This document shows positions 7,599-16,109 of a DNA stretch of 28,799 nucleotides, piece by piece. The position numbers were made by a program, and so were the translations under genes. The number at the start of each line of letters is the position of its first letter. Positions within the stretch are counted from its first letter, which is position 1. Source of the DNA: a virus (taxonomy: Duplodnaviria; Caudoviricetes); the IMG/VR virus record IMGVR_UViG_3300042868_012556, positions 1-28,799 of that record; one strand, 5' to 3'. The notes beneath the pieces are model-generated. The model was not told the origin of the DNA and ran no database searches. It worked only from the letters and a program-made list of their open reading frames with translations.

Positions 7599-8198
7599 TT
7601 ATCGCGCGGAATACTGTTTGCGAGAGTCCAACCAAATCTGAGTCTTTGTGCCACCCTTAAAGTGTTCGGTTGGTAGGAAGATTGCTGTTTCCCAATCGGG
7701 TGCAAATACCTGAGATGGGCGGGTTTTCATATGACCCGTAAGATAGTGCTTAAGGCAGGGTGCAAATTCACGGAGTCTTCTAACACTTACAAGGAGGCTA
7801 TAACGAATCTTGAGGCGTGTTCTTTCGGTAAGTTTATCATCGGTGATGGTTCCAAGTAGTTTATCTAAGAACTTGGCACGAATCTTTGGATGTAGGTAGT
7901 GTAGGTTGAGACCAAGGAAACCTCCGGTCGCGGGACCGATTACTAAAACCAACGGAAATCTATCGTAATACGGAAGTTCCTCTTTGAACTTAGGATCATA
8001 GGCAAACATGTACATATTGCCCCAAATTGCCTTTGAACGCTGTTGCACCTTATCGTCATTGAGGAGTGCCTTCCGATTGATTCTGCCATTTAGCTCCTTT
8101 ACTCTCTGAATGAACCAATCCTTTGCCTCAATCGAACGCTTTTCAAACCCCGTGGAGTTGAATTCTTTTTCAAGTGTTGTGAAGAGTGAGACTGGCAT
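7599..8198 (-). CDS. gp2: DNA end protector protein
   Basis: G.MYMF.YDPK.K..LPYYD.FPLV, GFLGLNLHYL.P..R..FL..L, PC.KHYL..H, and W..A.FLP...F motifs. Confidence 0.95.
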   Translation of the reverse strand: MPVSLFTTLEKEFNSTGFEKRSIEAKDWFIQRVKELNGRINRKALLNDDKVQQRSKAIWGNMYMFAYDPKFKEELPYYDRFPLVLVIGPATGGFLGLNLHYLHPKIRAKFLDKLLGTITDDKLTERTRLKIRYSLLVSVRRLREFAPCLKHYLTGHMKTRPSQVFAPDWETAIFLPTEHFKGGTKTQIWLDSRKQYSAR

Positions 8199-8204
8199 TA
8201 GTTC

Positions 8205-8212
8205 TATTTATA
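8205..8212 (-). promoter_or_regulatory. T4-type late promoter upstream of gp2
   Basis: Exact TATAAATA on the minus strand in the gp4-gp2 gap, 6 nt before the ATG. Confidence 0.85.
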
Positions 8213-8217
8213 TGTGT

Positions 8218-8658
8218 TTAGAGTATCTTAATGCCCAACTTACGGAGCATGTCTTCGTCCCAAATCTCAAAAATCCACCCACGGTCACTGGCGTACTCGG
8301 TTGCGGCTTCCCACTTGGAGATGTTTTTGGCATACGTCATGACCTCGGTAATGTATCTCTTTGTCTTTTTGCCAGGATTCTTGGGTGGACTCACTTCTTT
8401 CTTGGGTTTTACCTCGATCAACATTACACGCCCATCGGTGAATTCGAACTTGACATCGACAAAGTACCGATGGATTCTACCGTCCGTCTTGCAGCGGTAC
8501 GGTACCACAACCTCTTCCGAGCACCATGACGCAATGAATGACTGTTCGTCGAGCCATCTAAAAAGCTGTCGCTCCCAGAGAGAACGATAGACAATGTTCG
8601 ACACATTGCCTCGATATTTGGATGGATTCTTAGGTGTGAAGGTGCCCTTATATGTCAT
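8218..8658 (-). CDS. gp4: Head completion protein (PD-(D/E)xK nuclease fold)
   Basis: YKG.F.PKNP.KY.G....IVYRSLWE, W.SEE..VPY....DG..HRYF.D, LIEVKP.K, and N..KWEAA motifs. Confidence 0.95.
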   Translation of the reverse strand: MTYKGTFTPKNPSKYRGNVSNIVYRSLWERQLFRWLDEQSFIASWCSEEVVVPYRCKTDGRIHRYFVDVKFEFTDGRVMLIEVKPKKEVSPPKNPGKKTKRYITEVMTYAKNISKWEAATEYASDRGWIFEIWDEDMLRKLGIKIL

Positions 8659-8665
8659 ATAAATA
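8658..8665 (+). promoter_or_regulatory. T4-type late promoter for the rightward baseplate operon
   Basis: Exact TATAAATA 48 nt upstream of the gp48 ATG, overlapping the gp4 start codon. Confidence 0.85.
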
Positions 8666-8667
8666 GA

Positions 8668-8675
8668 TATTTATG
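8668..8675 (-). promoter_or_regulatory. Late promoter variant (CATAAATA) for the leftward gp4 operon
   Basis: Plus-strand TATTTATG is CATAAATA on the minus strand, 9 nt before the gp4 ATG. Confidence 0.7.
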
Positions 8676-8713
8676 TTAACTAAGACACATCAATTTTTTA
8701 AGGAGCAATCATA

Positions 8714-9724
8714 ATGGCACTGGACTTAGGAAATTTCGGTAGCTCCGATTCCGTCGCACGTGGATTCATTCCGAATGATGTCCCTCTTCCAGGAAATAAG
8801 ATACCGGAGTCGTTCAATTATAGTGTAACTCCCTTGATTTACAATCCGATCACACCCCTAAATCCTGATTTAGGTCAGACAGGATTGTCGGGCTATTCTG
8901 GTGGTAGAAATTCTTCATCAGAAGGTTTTAGAGGCCCAGATCCATGGGTCGGTTATCGTCCGAGATTATGTTTCCCATCTGAATTGACTCATTCCAAGAA
9001 TAACTGGATGTTTATGTCTTTCAGCGTTCGTTTGGGTAAACCTGGAGCCAGAGAAATTTATCTTCCGATTCCGCCAGGGCTTACATTTTCCGACTCCATG
9101 GCGTATTCTTCACTGGACCTTGGCATTTTAGGTTCAATAGGGCAGGATACTATAAATGCAATGGATAAAGCCAAGGGTGTTAAGGGGGTCATCGGAGCGG
9201 GTATCGGCGGGCTTGCCGGCAGTTTGGTAAACAAAGCAAAGAAACTGAATGTTGCAGCAGCAGCTTCAATTGCCGCAAGACATTTTAATCAAACATCAAT
9301 TGCAAATACAATTGATTTCAGTACAAAACAGATAATAGCCCCAAATACCAATACATCATTTCAAAATGCTGGTATTCGTAGTTTCGGATTCAACTTTAAA
9401 ATGATGCCAAAAAGCAAAACCGAAGCAGAAACTATTACGGCAATCATTAAAACATTTCGGGAAAATATGTATCCCAAGGGCAATGATGTTGTACTTACAT
9501 ACCCTCCGGTTTGGTCAATGAAATTTTATGAAGGTTCCGGTAAAGAAAACCGTAAACTCCCAAGGATTTACAGTTGCTATCTTACGGGAATGACTGCAAC
9601 ATATAACGGAACTACTAATATGTTTCACAGTGATGGAAGCCCGATTGAAACGGACGTTGCGATTCAGTTTCAAGAAACAAAGGCACTTACTCTATCCGAC
9701 ATTGTGGAATTATCGGAGAAATAA
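8714..9724 (+). CDS. gp48: Baseplate tail tube cap
   Basis: IYLP.P, PN....F.....R.F.F.FKM.PKS..EA..I..IIK.FR, YP, C.LT.....Y, and F..DG.P.......FQE...LT. Has an SD (TAAGGAG, 8699-8705). Confidence 0.88.
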   Translation: MALDLGNFGSSDSVARGFIPNDVPLPGNKIPESFNYSVTPLIYNPITPLNPDLGQTGLSGYSGGRNSSSEGFRGPDPWVGYRPRLCFPSELTHSKNNWMFMSFSVRLGKPGAREIYLPIPPGLTFSDSMAYSSLDLGILGSIGQDTINAMDKAKGVKGVIGAGIGGLAGSLVNKAKKLNVAAAASIAARHFNQTSIANTIDFSTKQIIAPNTNTSFQNAGIRSFGFNFKMMPKSKTEAETITAIIKTFRENMYPKGNDVVLTYPPVWSMKFYEGSGKENRKLPRIYSCYLTGMTATYNGTTNMFHSDGSPIETDVAIQFQETKALTLSDIVELSEK

Positions 9725-9727
9725 TCT

Positions 9728-10522
9728 ATGTCGTTTTTTCAACAGTTCCCAAAAATTCAATACGATTTTGCCGATAACGGCATCGACACCCGTATTGTTG
9801 ATCTATTTCGTTTTGTAAAAGCCGATGAAAAATACTTTGATGATGTTTCTACGTACCAGTATTTTCAGATCAGAAACGGCGACAGACCCGACATTGTGTC
9901 AAATCTGCTGTACAATACTCCCGATTATTATTGGACCTTTTTCTTGGTGAATGACCATTTAAAATCTGGTCTTTCCGGATGGCCGATGATGCAGGAAGAA
10001 CTGGATGATTATCTTGAGACCGAATACAATGGTACTGTAATTCAAACACGCCCCATCCTTGTAAGAAATGGCGACGGGATCATTACTGAACGTCGTAACT
10101 CTTTAGCGGGAATCTTCGAGATTGGTGAAACGGTCTATGGTTCAGAATCCGGAGCATATGGAAGATTGGATTCAAAGGATACTCAGTTGAGCCAATTAGT
10201 TCTAAAAGACGTTGTTGGTACTTTTCAAGAACAAGAATTTATTACAGGAAGCACTACTGAGGATAGTGTTGCTTCATACGAAGTATATCCTTATGCCGAA
10301 GCTCCTCATCATTATGAATCGGCAGATGGTACTATATTCTACAATGCCCTTTCAATTGGAGAATTAAACGTACAGCCAGGAACTTCAGATTCTGAATTGA
10401 TCGCAGTTTCAAATAGAGAATATGAAATTGCCTTAAATGATGAAAGAGCAAATATCCGAATCGTTCGTCCCGACTCAATTTACAAGTTTGTTCAGATTTA
10501 CCAAGGTCTAATCAATGGCTAA
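9728..10522 (+). CDS. gp53: Baseplate wedge subunit (LysM-like)
   Basis: MS.F..FP.I.YD, Y.I..GDRPD.VS..LY....YYW.F.L.N, WP.....L..Y, HHYE, and VSN.EYE...ND....I motifs. Confidence 0.92.
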   Translation: MSFFQQFPKIQYDFADNGIDTRIVDLFRFVKADEKYFDDVSTYQYFQIRNGDRPDIVSNLLYNTPDYYWTFFLVNDHLKSGLSGWPMMQEELDDYLETEYNGTVIQTRPILVRNGDGIITERRNSLAGIFEIGETVYGSESGAYGRLDSKDTQLSQLVLKDVVGTFQEQEFITGSTTEDSVASYEVYPYAEAPHHYESADGTIFYNALSIGELNVQPGTSDSELIAVSNREYEIALNDERANIRIVRPDSIYKFVQIYQGLING

Positions 10523-11993
10523 TCTTTCAAATATTGCGGTATTCGGAACCGATCAGATCCTAATACCTTCGGCTTACTCAATCGAGAGCATTATGCTCTG
10601 TAACCATAACGGTAGAATTACAGACATTCAGAAGATTGTTACCGATTTTTCAATTACCGAAAGCATTTATTATCCGGGTTTAATGCTTTCATTGAATGTA
10701 AAAGATACGGTAAATCTGATGGAAGAATTTCAGCTAACGGGCCACGAAACAATTACCGTAAATCTTGCCAGAAAAACATATGTTTCCAATAATGATTCAT
10801 CTAGTATTAAAAATATCAAGATCGACAATCAGAAGTTGAGCCATTTATTTTATGTAAGCGAATACCCGCTATACGGTAAATTTGAAAACCGTGTTCAGGT
10901 TTATACTTTAAAGGGTGTGAGTAAGCATATCTTCATGTCCAAATTTAAAAGGATTTCTCGGGCTTACGCGGGGAATATCAAGAATTTTGTTAAAGAGGTA
11001 TTGATGAATGATTTGGGTGTCCCTTCTTATGACATTGAAATGACGAATGAGAATACGAATATTGTAAAATTTGTTGTTCCAAACTTAAGCCCAATTGATG
11101 CAATTCAATGGGCACTACGTCGGGCATATGATTCACATGGTTCGCCTTTTTATTGTTATGAAACTCTTGGTGGTAAAATCAAAATTGATTCTCACACGGA
11201 TTTTAATAAAAGAAGTACCAGCGATGTTTACAGAGAATACAAAGAAGGCAAATTCTTTTCATATGGTCCAGGCACATTAGAAGATTATAATGAAAGACGT
11301 TCGAGAATTATGGATCTTTCATCAGATATTCGTATGTCAAAACTGATATCCGGCTCCAATGGTGCATATGCTTCTAAGAGCGTTTATGTAGATATTGCAA
11401 CAAAAAGTATTGCCACTACGGAATTTGATTACAATAAAGAATTCTCTAAAATGTCTAAAATAGGCAATTTTTCTACATTATCACAAAGATTTACTCCGGA
11501 TGATATTAAAGAAAGTAAATCATATAGCGATGATAGGTCATTCTGGCAAAGAGCAGAAAACATTAAAGCGGGTGGAGGTAAGAGTCTTTCGGATTTTAAA
11601 AATTCAATGATTAACTATATCTCGTTGAATACCGCAGCTTTTAGTTATGCAGCGGGCAATACTCCCAATTATCATGGGCCAACACAATCATCCAAGATTA
11701 ATATAGCACAATCTGTTACTGAAAATCTTGAAACAATGATTCATGATTTTAATGTCGCTGGAGATTTTGAGCTTAATTCGGGTAAGATTATTTTATTGAA
11801 TATAGCACCTTCTGAGGATCCGACGGCGATCAAAAAGAACTCAAAGTTGGGAAAATCGCCGACCCCCGGAGTCGATCAGTTTTTTTCTGGAAATTACGTT
11901 GTGACTTCTGTTATACATAACTTTTCGGAAGACTATTTTGCTTCGGTAAGAGTGAAGACGGATAGTTTTTCAAATGACTTTTTAACAAAATAA
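10515..11993 (+). CDS. Probable baseplate hub protein (gp27-like / Mu gp44-like), 492 aa
   Basis: Lies between gp53 and gp5. I.ESI....L...L...D..NL......G.E.I, P...P..AI.W, F..YET, and G...L..G..I.......D..FSG.Y.VT.V.H.F fit the gp27/GpD hub pattern. Confidence 0.7.
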   Translation: MANLSNIAVFGTDQILIPSAYSIESIMLCNHNGRITDIQKIVTDFSITESIYYPGLMLSLNVKDTVNLMEEFQLTGHETITVNLARKTYVSNNDSSSIKNIKIDNQKLSHLFYVSEYPLYGKFENRVQVYTLKGVSKHIFMSKFKRISRAYAGNIKNFVKEVLMNDLGVPSYDIEMTNENTNIVKFVVPNLSPIDAIQWALRRAYDSHGSPFYCYETLGGKIKIDSHTDFNKRSTSDVYREYKEGKFFSYGPGTLEDYNERRSRIMDLSSDIRMSKLISGSNGAYASKSVYVDIATKSIATTEFDYNKEFSKMSKIGNFSTLSQRFTPDDIKESKSYSDDRSFWQRAENIKAGGGKSLSDFKNSMINYISLNTAAFSYAAGNTPNYHGPTQSSKINIAQSVTENLETMIHDFNVAGDFELNSGKIILLNIAPSEDPTAIKKNSKLGKSPTPGVDQFFSGNYVVTSVIHNFSEDYFASVRVKTDSFSNDFLTK

Positions 11994-13189
11994 TGAATTC
12001 TCCCGATCAATTTATTGGAGGCTCCTTTGCCTGGTTTACTGGAGTAGTCGAGGATATTAAAGACCCCTTTGAAATGGGTCGCGTGAGAGTTCGTTGTATT
12101 GGCTACCATACGGAAGACAGAAATCTTATTAAAACGGATGATCTTCCTTGGGCAACACCACTGATGCCAGTGAATTCTGCATCGATGTCGGGAATTGGTC
12201 TTTCTGCAACAGGTATTCTTCAGGGGTCATGGGTCGTTGGATTCTTCCGTGACGGACCTTCTGCCCAGGATCCTATTATCCTAGGAACAATACCATCGGC
12301 AACAACAAATTATGTGGATAATACAAAGGGCTTTTCCGACCCCGAAGGTGTATATCCATCACAATCCTTTGTGGAACAAGGTTTGCCCGATATGCCTATT
12401 GAGGCAGGCAATGGTCCTAATAATTTTAAATTCCGTGAGTCGGATACTTATAAAAAACGTGTTGCTTCACTGCCCGGAGCAGTAGATGTTGCAAAGGCGC
12501 CCAAAATGGCTTTAGCCGCAGTCAGTTCTTCTGACCCTTATGTGTCTCAGCAACAGTGGAGAAGTTGGTCAATCGAAACTGTAGTTTCTCCGAAATATCC
12601 AAAAAACCAGGTGTTCCATAGCGAATCGGGTCATGTTTTTGAGGTTGATGATACTCCTGGTAAAGAAAGAACCTTGGACTTCCATAAGTCTGGAACCTAT
12701 ACGGAAATTGATGCAAACGGTAATGAAACGGTTACCGTGGTTGGTAGCAAATATATGGTAACCATTGGCTCCGAACATCTTTATGTAAAAGGTACCGGTG
12801 GTGGTGGATACCAACTTACCGTTGATGGTAATGTCCGACAATATGTTAAAGGTAATTATCATCTTGAAGTCAAAGGTAACAAAACGGAATACATTCATGG
12901 GCATCGCCAGTCAAAGGTTCTTGGAACCGACCATTTAGATACAACAAAGTACCTTGAGACCGTTCAAACAAGTTTAAGCGGACACCCATCGGCTGTTAGC
13001 AGTAACGGTGATAACCTTGTTTCGAACGGTTCGGTTTCAAGTGTTACATCGACCGGCTTTCAGGTTAATTTTGCATCTATCAATTTAAACGGCAATGTCA
13101 ATTGCTTGAACGGAGTCAGCGGTCAATTCACTTCAGCCGACGGTAAAACAGTCACCATCGCAAAGGGTATTATTGTTAATATCATATAA
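11993..13189 (+). CDS. gp5: Baseplate central spike protein with OB-fold and short beta-helix, no lysozyme domain
   Basis: F.WF.GVVED..DP...GRVRVRC.GYH....LPWA, GSWV.GFFRDG..AQ.P.ILG, YP.N.V..SESGH.FE.DDTPG.ER....H.SGT..EI, then VxGN-type beta-helix repeats. Confidence 0.93.
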   Translation: MNSPDQFIGGSFAWFTGVVEDIKDPFEMGRVRVRCIGYHTEDRNLIKTDDLPWATPLMPVNSASMSGIGLSATGILQGSWVVGFFRDGPSAQDPIILGTIPSATTNYVDNTKGFSDPEGVYPSQSFVEQGLPDMPIEAGNGPNNFKFRESDTYKKRVASLPGAVDVAKAPKMALAAVSSSDPYVSQQQWRSWSIETVVSPKYPKNQVFHSESGHVFEVDDTPGKERTLDFHKSGTYTEIDANGNETVTVVGSKYMVTIGSEHLYVKGTGGGGYQLTVDGNVRQYVKGNYHLEVKGNKTEYIHGHRQSKVLGTDHLDTTKYLETVQTSLSGHPSAVSSNGDNLVSNGSVSSVTSTGFQVNFASINLNGNVNCLNGVSGQFTSADGKTVTIAKGIIVNII

Positions 13190-13202
13190 GGAGAACTAAA
13201 TT

Positions 13203-13778
13203 ATGTCAACGGGATACGTCAATACAGAATGGGTAAAAACGGTTACAAATGAAATCGAACAGATTCCAGATTGTAGAGCACTAGAACAACTTATTAAAAA
13301 GGTCGAGGAGATGATTAAGGGGCAATTGGAAGCTCTGCTTCAACAAATGGCAGACCTTCTTGAATTGGCACTACCACCAACAAATTTAAAAAAGTTGATT
13401 ACTTGGGCAAAAAAGCAAGCGGGTAAGTATTACGAAATGTACCTAAAGGTGGTGGCAACATACGCCGAACTTGCTAAAGCATACACCGACCTACTTACAG
13501 CAATTCAGAATAAATTGTCCAACTTAAAGTGTAATATTACAATGCCTTCGGTAAACGATATAATACCCTCGATACCCGATAATGAATTATTTCAGACTGT
13601 GAATTCTGTATATGCCGATATTGCTGCGCTCAAACAGAATGTTAAAGATAAAGATGTTGCTTCTGGCTTACTAAATGTGCAAAGTATATCCAATTCAATA
13701 GAATCAAATTCATCGACTAGTGCTCAAGCCGCAGGTTATATTGCGTCCAAGCCTACTCTGGATCGACCGAACCCGTAA
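13203..13778 (+). CDS. Hypothetical alpha-helical (coiled-coil hairpin) protein, 191 aa
   Basis: SD TAAGGAG at 13187-13193. Heptad-like helices are separated by a PP turn, and the only Cys residues are C24 and C110. Confidence 0.8.
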   Translation: MSTGYVNTEWVKTVTNEIEQIPDCRALEQLIKKVEEMIKGQLEALLQQMADLLELALPPTNLKKLITWAKKQAGKYYEMYLKVVATYAELAKAYTDLLTAIQNKLSNLKCNITMPSVNDIIPSIPDNELFQTVNSVYADIAALKQNVKDKDVASGLLNVQSISNSIESNSSTSAQAAGYIASKPTLDRPNP

Positions 13779-13797
13779 AATAACATCCGGAAAGTGT

Positions 13798-13805
13798 TAT
13801 AAATA
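13798..13805 (+). promoter_or_regulatory. T4-type late promoter upstream of gp25
   Basis: Exact intergenic TATAAATA, 10 nt before the ATG. Confidence 0.85.
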
Positions 13806-13815
13806 GCATCACTCT

Positions 13816-14271
13816 ATGCCAGCGATCCGTTCACAGAATTATTCCGATTACAATGTCACCGATACCATATCGGCGGTTGTATCCAAGAAAGCTCTGTACA
13901 CCGATTTCGACCTGAGTCTTACTTTGGATGGAGTTACGGGTGGTGATATTGTTCCACTTACAGATATTGATGCCGTTGTTTATGCCGTAAGAAATCTTGT
14001 TCTTACAAATTTTAACGAAAGACCGTTTCAACCGAATGTGGGTGGCAATATCAGTGGAATGTTGTTTGAACCAGCCGACCGACTCACAATTGCGTCACTC
14101 CGTAACGCAATTCATTACATTCTTGATCGATATGAACCAAGAATTGATTCCGTTGGTGTCGATATTGTTGACGATTCCGACAACAACCGTTACGGGATCA
14201 CAATCTCCTTTAGAGTAATTGTACCAAATCGCTCGGTCGACATGACTCTTTACCTACAAAGACTTCGCTAA
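13816..14271 (+). CDS. gp25: Baseplate wedge subunit / sheath initiator
   Basis: Y.D.DL, D...LTD..AV..AVRNLVLTN..ERPFQP..G......LFEP, YEPR, and terminal L.RLR. Confidence 0.95.
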   Translation: MPAIRSQNYSDYNVTDTISAVVSKKALYTDFDLSLTLDGVTGGDIVPLTDIDAVVYAVRNLVLTNFNERPFQPNVGGNISGMLFEPADRLTIASLRNAIHYILDRYEPRIDSVGVDIVDDSDNNRYGITISFRVIVPNRSVDMTLYLQRLR

Positions 14272-14280
14272 TTTACCACC

Positions 14281-16107
14281 ATGGCTCAATTCAACGTAAC
14301 AGAACTTGATTTTGATAAAATCAAAGATTCCATTAAAGATCACTTCCGTTCTCAGACCAAATATGATTCTTGGGACTTTGATGGTTCGGGTCTTTCTCTT
14401 CTTCTAGATATTCTTGCGTACAATACCCACTACAACGCAATGGTTGCGCATCTTTCATTGAATGAGAGTTTTCTGGATTCTGCTCAGATTCGTGGTAATG
14501 TAGTTTCACATGCCAAACTTCTGGGTTATGTTCCTCGTTCTTTTTCATCTTCCAAGGCAGTCATTAGCTTCAATGTTACCGCTGGTACAAATCCTCCGGC
14601 ATATATTACTTTGGCACGTGGTACCAGTTTTAATACTACTTTGGACCAAACATCGTATTCATTTGTTGTTCTTGAACCAATTCAGGCTCCATTGTTAAAT
14701 GGTGTTTACTCTTTTACTAATGTTGAAGTGACTCAGGGAACTCTGAAACGCATGCTTTACAGAGTTGACAATTCATTAGTGAATCAGAAGTTTAAAATAA
14801 CTGATGAAAATATTGATACAAACACAATGCGTGTTCGTGTTAAGGCAAATGAGGAGTCTGAAGAATACTCGATTTATACCAAATTTACAACTCTTGTCGG
14901 TATCAACAATTCATCTCAGATTTATTATCTACAAGAAGATTCAATTGGCACGTATGAAATCTATTTTGGTGATGGTATTCTTGGTAGAAAACCAATTTCA
15001 AATAATATTGTAGAAATTGAGTATGTCTATACAAGTGGTAGAACAGCAAACGGAGCCACATCATTTACCGCAAGCGATATGGTTTCCGGTTACAATGTAA
15101 CATCGGTAACAACCGTAACGGCTTCATATGGTGGATCTTTTCGTGAAAGTATTGAGTCGGTCCGTTACAATGCTCCGCTTACATTTGTTGCGCAGAATCG
15201 TGCCGTAACTGCCGATGACTATCGCGCACTCATTCTAAAGAGCGTTGGTTATATCGAAAGTATTTCCGTTTGGGGCGGCGAGGACCAACAAGACCCGGAT
15301 TACGGTAAGGTTTACATTGCAATTAAACCAAACGGCGCCGATTTTCTTAGTGCCGACCAAAAGAATTTTATCACCGGTACCGTACTGAAGGGTAAGAATG
15401 TGGTATCAATTACTCCGGTGATTGTGGATCCGCAATACACATACCTTACTCTTGATGTGTATTTTAAATACAATCCAAATCTTACCGATCGCACCAAGAT
15501 TGAACTTCAGGCTTTGATCCGTAATACCATAAGCAATTATAACGACAATAACCTGAAAAAGTTCGATGGTGTTTTTCGTTTTTCTCAATTCCTCAGAGAT
15601 ATTGACAAATCCGATCCATCAATTCTGAATTCTGCGGCACGTGTATACATGTACAAGAACATTACACCCAACCCGGCTGTAAACAATTCATTTATCCTAG
15701 AATACTCATCACCAATCTATCAAACATCTTCTACGGAAGACATCATTGAGTCTTCTGCATTTTTAATTAATGGCGTCGAGCATTACTTTGGTGATACACC
15801 CATCAACGGGACAAACAACCGCACCGTTTACCTGTATAAAGTTGTAAATGGTAGCAGAATTAGAATTAAAGATGCCGGACTGATTGAGCCTGCTTCAGGT
15901 AAGGTAACTCTTTCAGGTTTCAGACCAGATAATGATACCTCAATCCGTATTACCGTGGTTCCGAATTCGAATGACCTGGCTCCAAAAAGAAATCAACTTC
16001 TTGAAATTGATCTATTGAGCACAACTGTCATCGGAGAAATTGATACAATTGCTGTTGCAGGTTCTGCTGGTGCGATTAATTACAATACAACTGCTCGCCA
16101 CCGTTAA
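14281..16107 (+). CDS. gp6: Baseplate wedge subunit
   Basis: ELDFD.IK, DF.GSGLS.LLDILAYNTHYNA, NE.FLDSA..R..VVSHAK.LGY.P.S, YEIYFGDG..G, ESIES....AP..F.AQNRAVTA.DY, and WGGE...P.YGKVYI.IKP. Confidence 0.97.
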   Translation: MAQFNVTELDFDKIKDSIKDHFRSQTKYDSWDFDGSGLSLLLDILAYNTHYNAMVAHLSLNESFLDSAQIRGNVVSHAKLLGYVPRSFSSSKAVISFNVTAGTNPPAYITLARGTSFNTTLDQTSYSFVVLEPIQAPLLNGVYSFTNVEVTQGTLKRMLYRVDNSLVNQKFKITDENIDTNTMRVRVKANEESEEYSIYTKFTTLVGINNSSQIYYLQEDSIGTYEIYFGDGILGRKPISNNIVEIEYVYTSGRTANGATSFTASDMVSGYNVTSVTTVTASYGGSFRESIESVRYNAPLTFVAQNRAVTADDYRALILKSVGYIESISVWGGEDQQDPDYGKVYIAIKPNGADFLSADQKNFITGTVLKGKNVVSITPVIVDPQYTYLTLDVYFKYNPNLTDRTKIELQALIRNTISNYNDNNLKKFDGVFRFSQFLRDIDKSDPSILNSAARVYMYKNITPNPAVNNSFILEYSSPIYQTSSTEDIIESSAFLINGVEHYFGDTPINGTNNRTVYLYKVVNGSRIRIKDAGLIEPASGKVTLSGFRPDNDTSIRITVVPNSNDLAPKRNQLLEIDLLSTTVIGEIDTIAVAGSAGAINYNTTARHR

Positions 16108-16109
16108 TC

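Noticed and set aside
7594-7635. Extended start of the gp54-like ORF
   Set aside because: It overlaps the gp2 3' end. The ATG at 7593 gives normal packing.
8218-8658. TnsA-like nuclease fold considered as a transposase or homing endonuclease
   Set aside because: Motifs and position next to gp2 identify it as the core head completion protein gp4.
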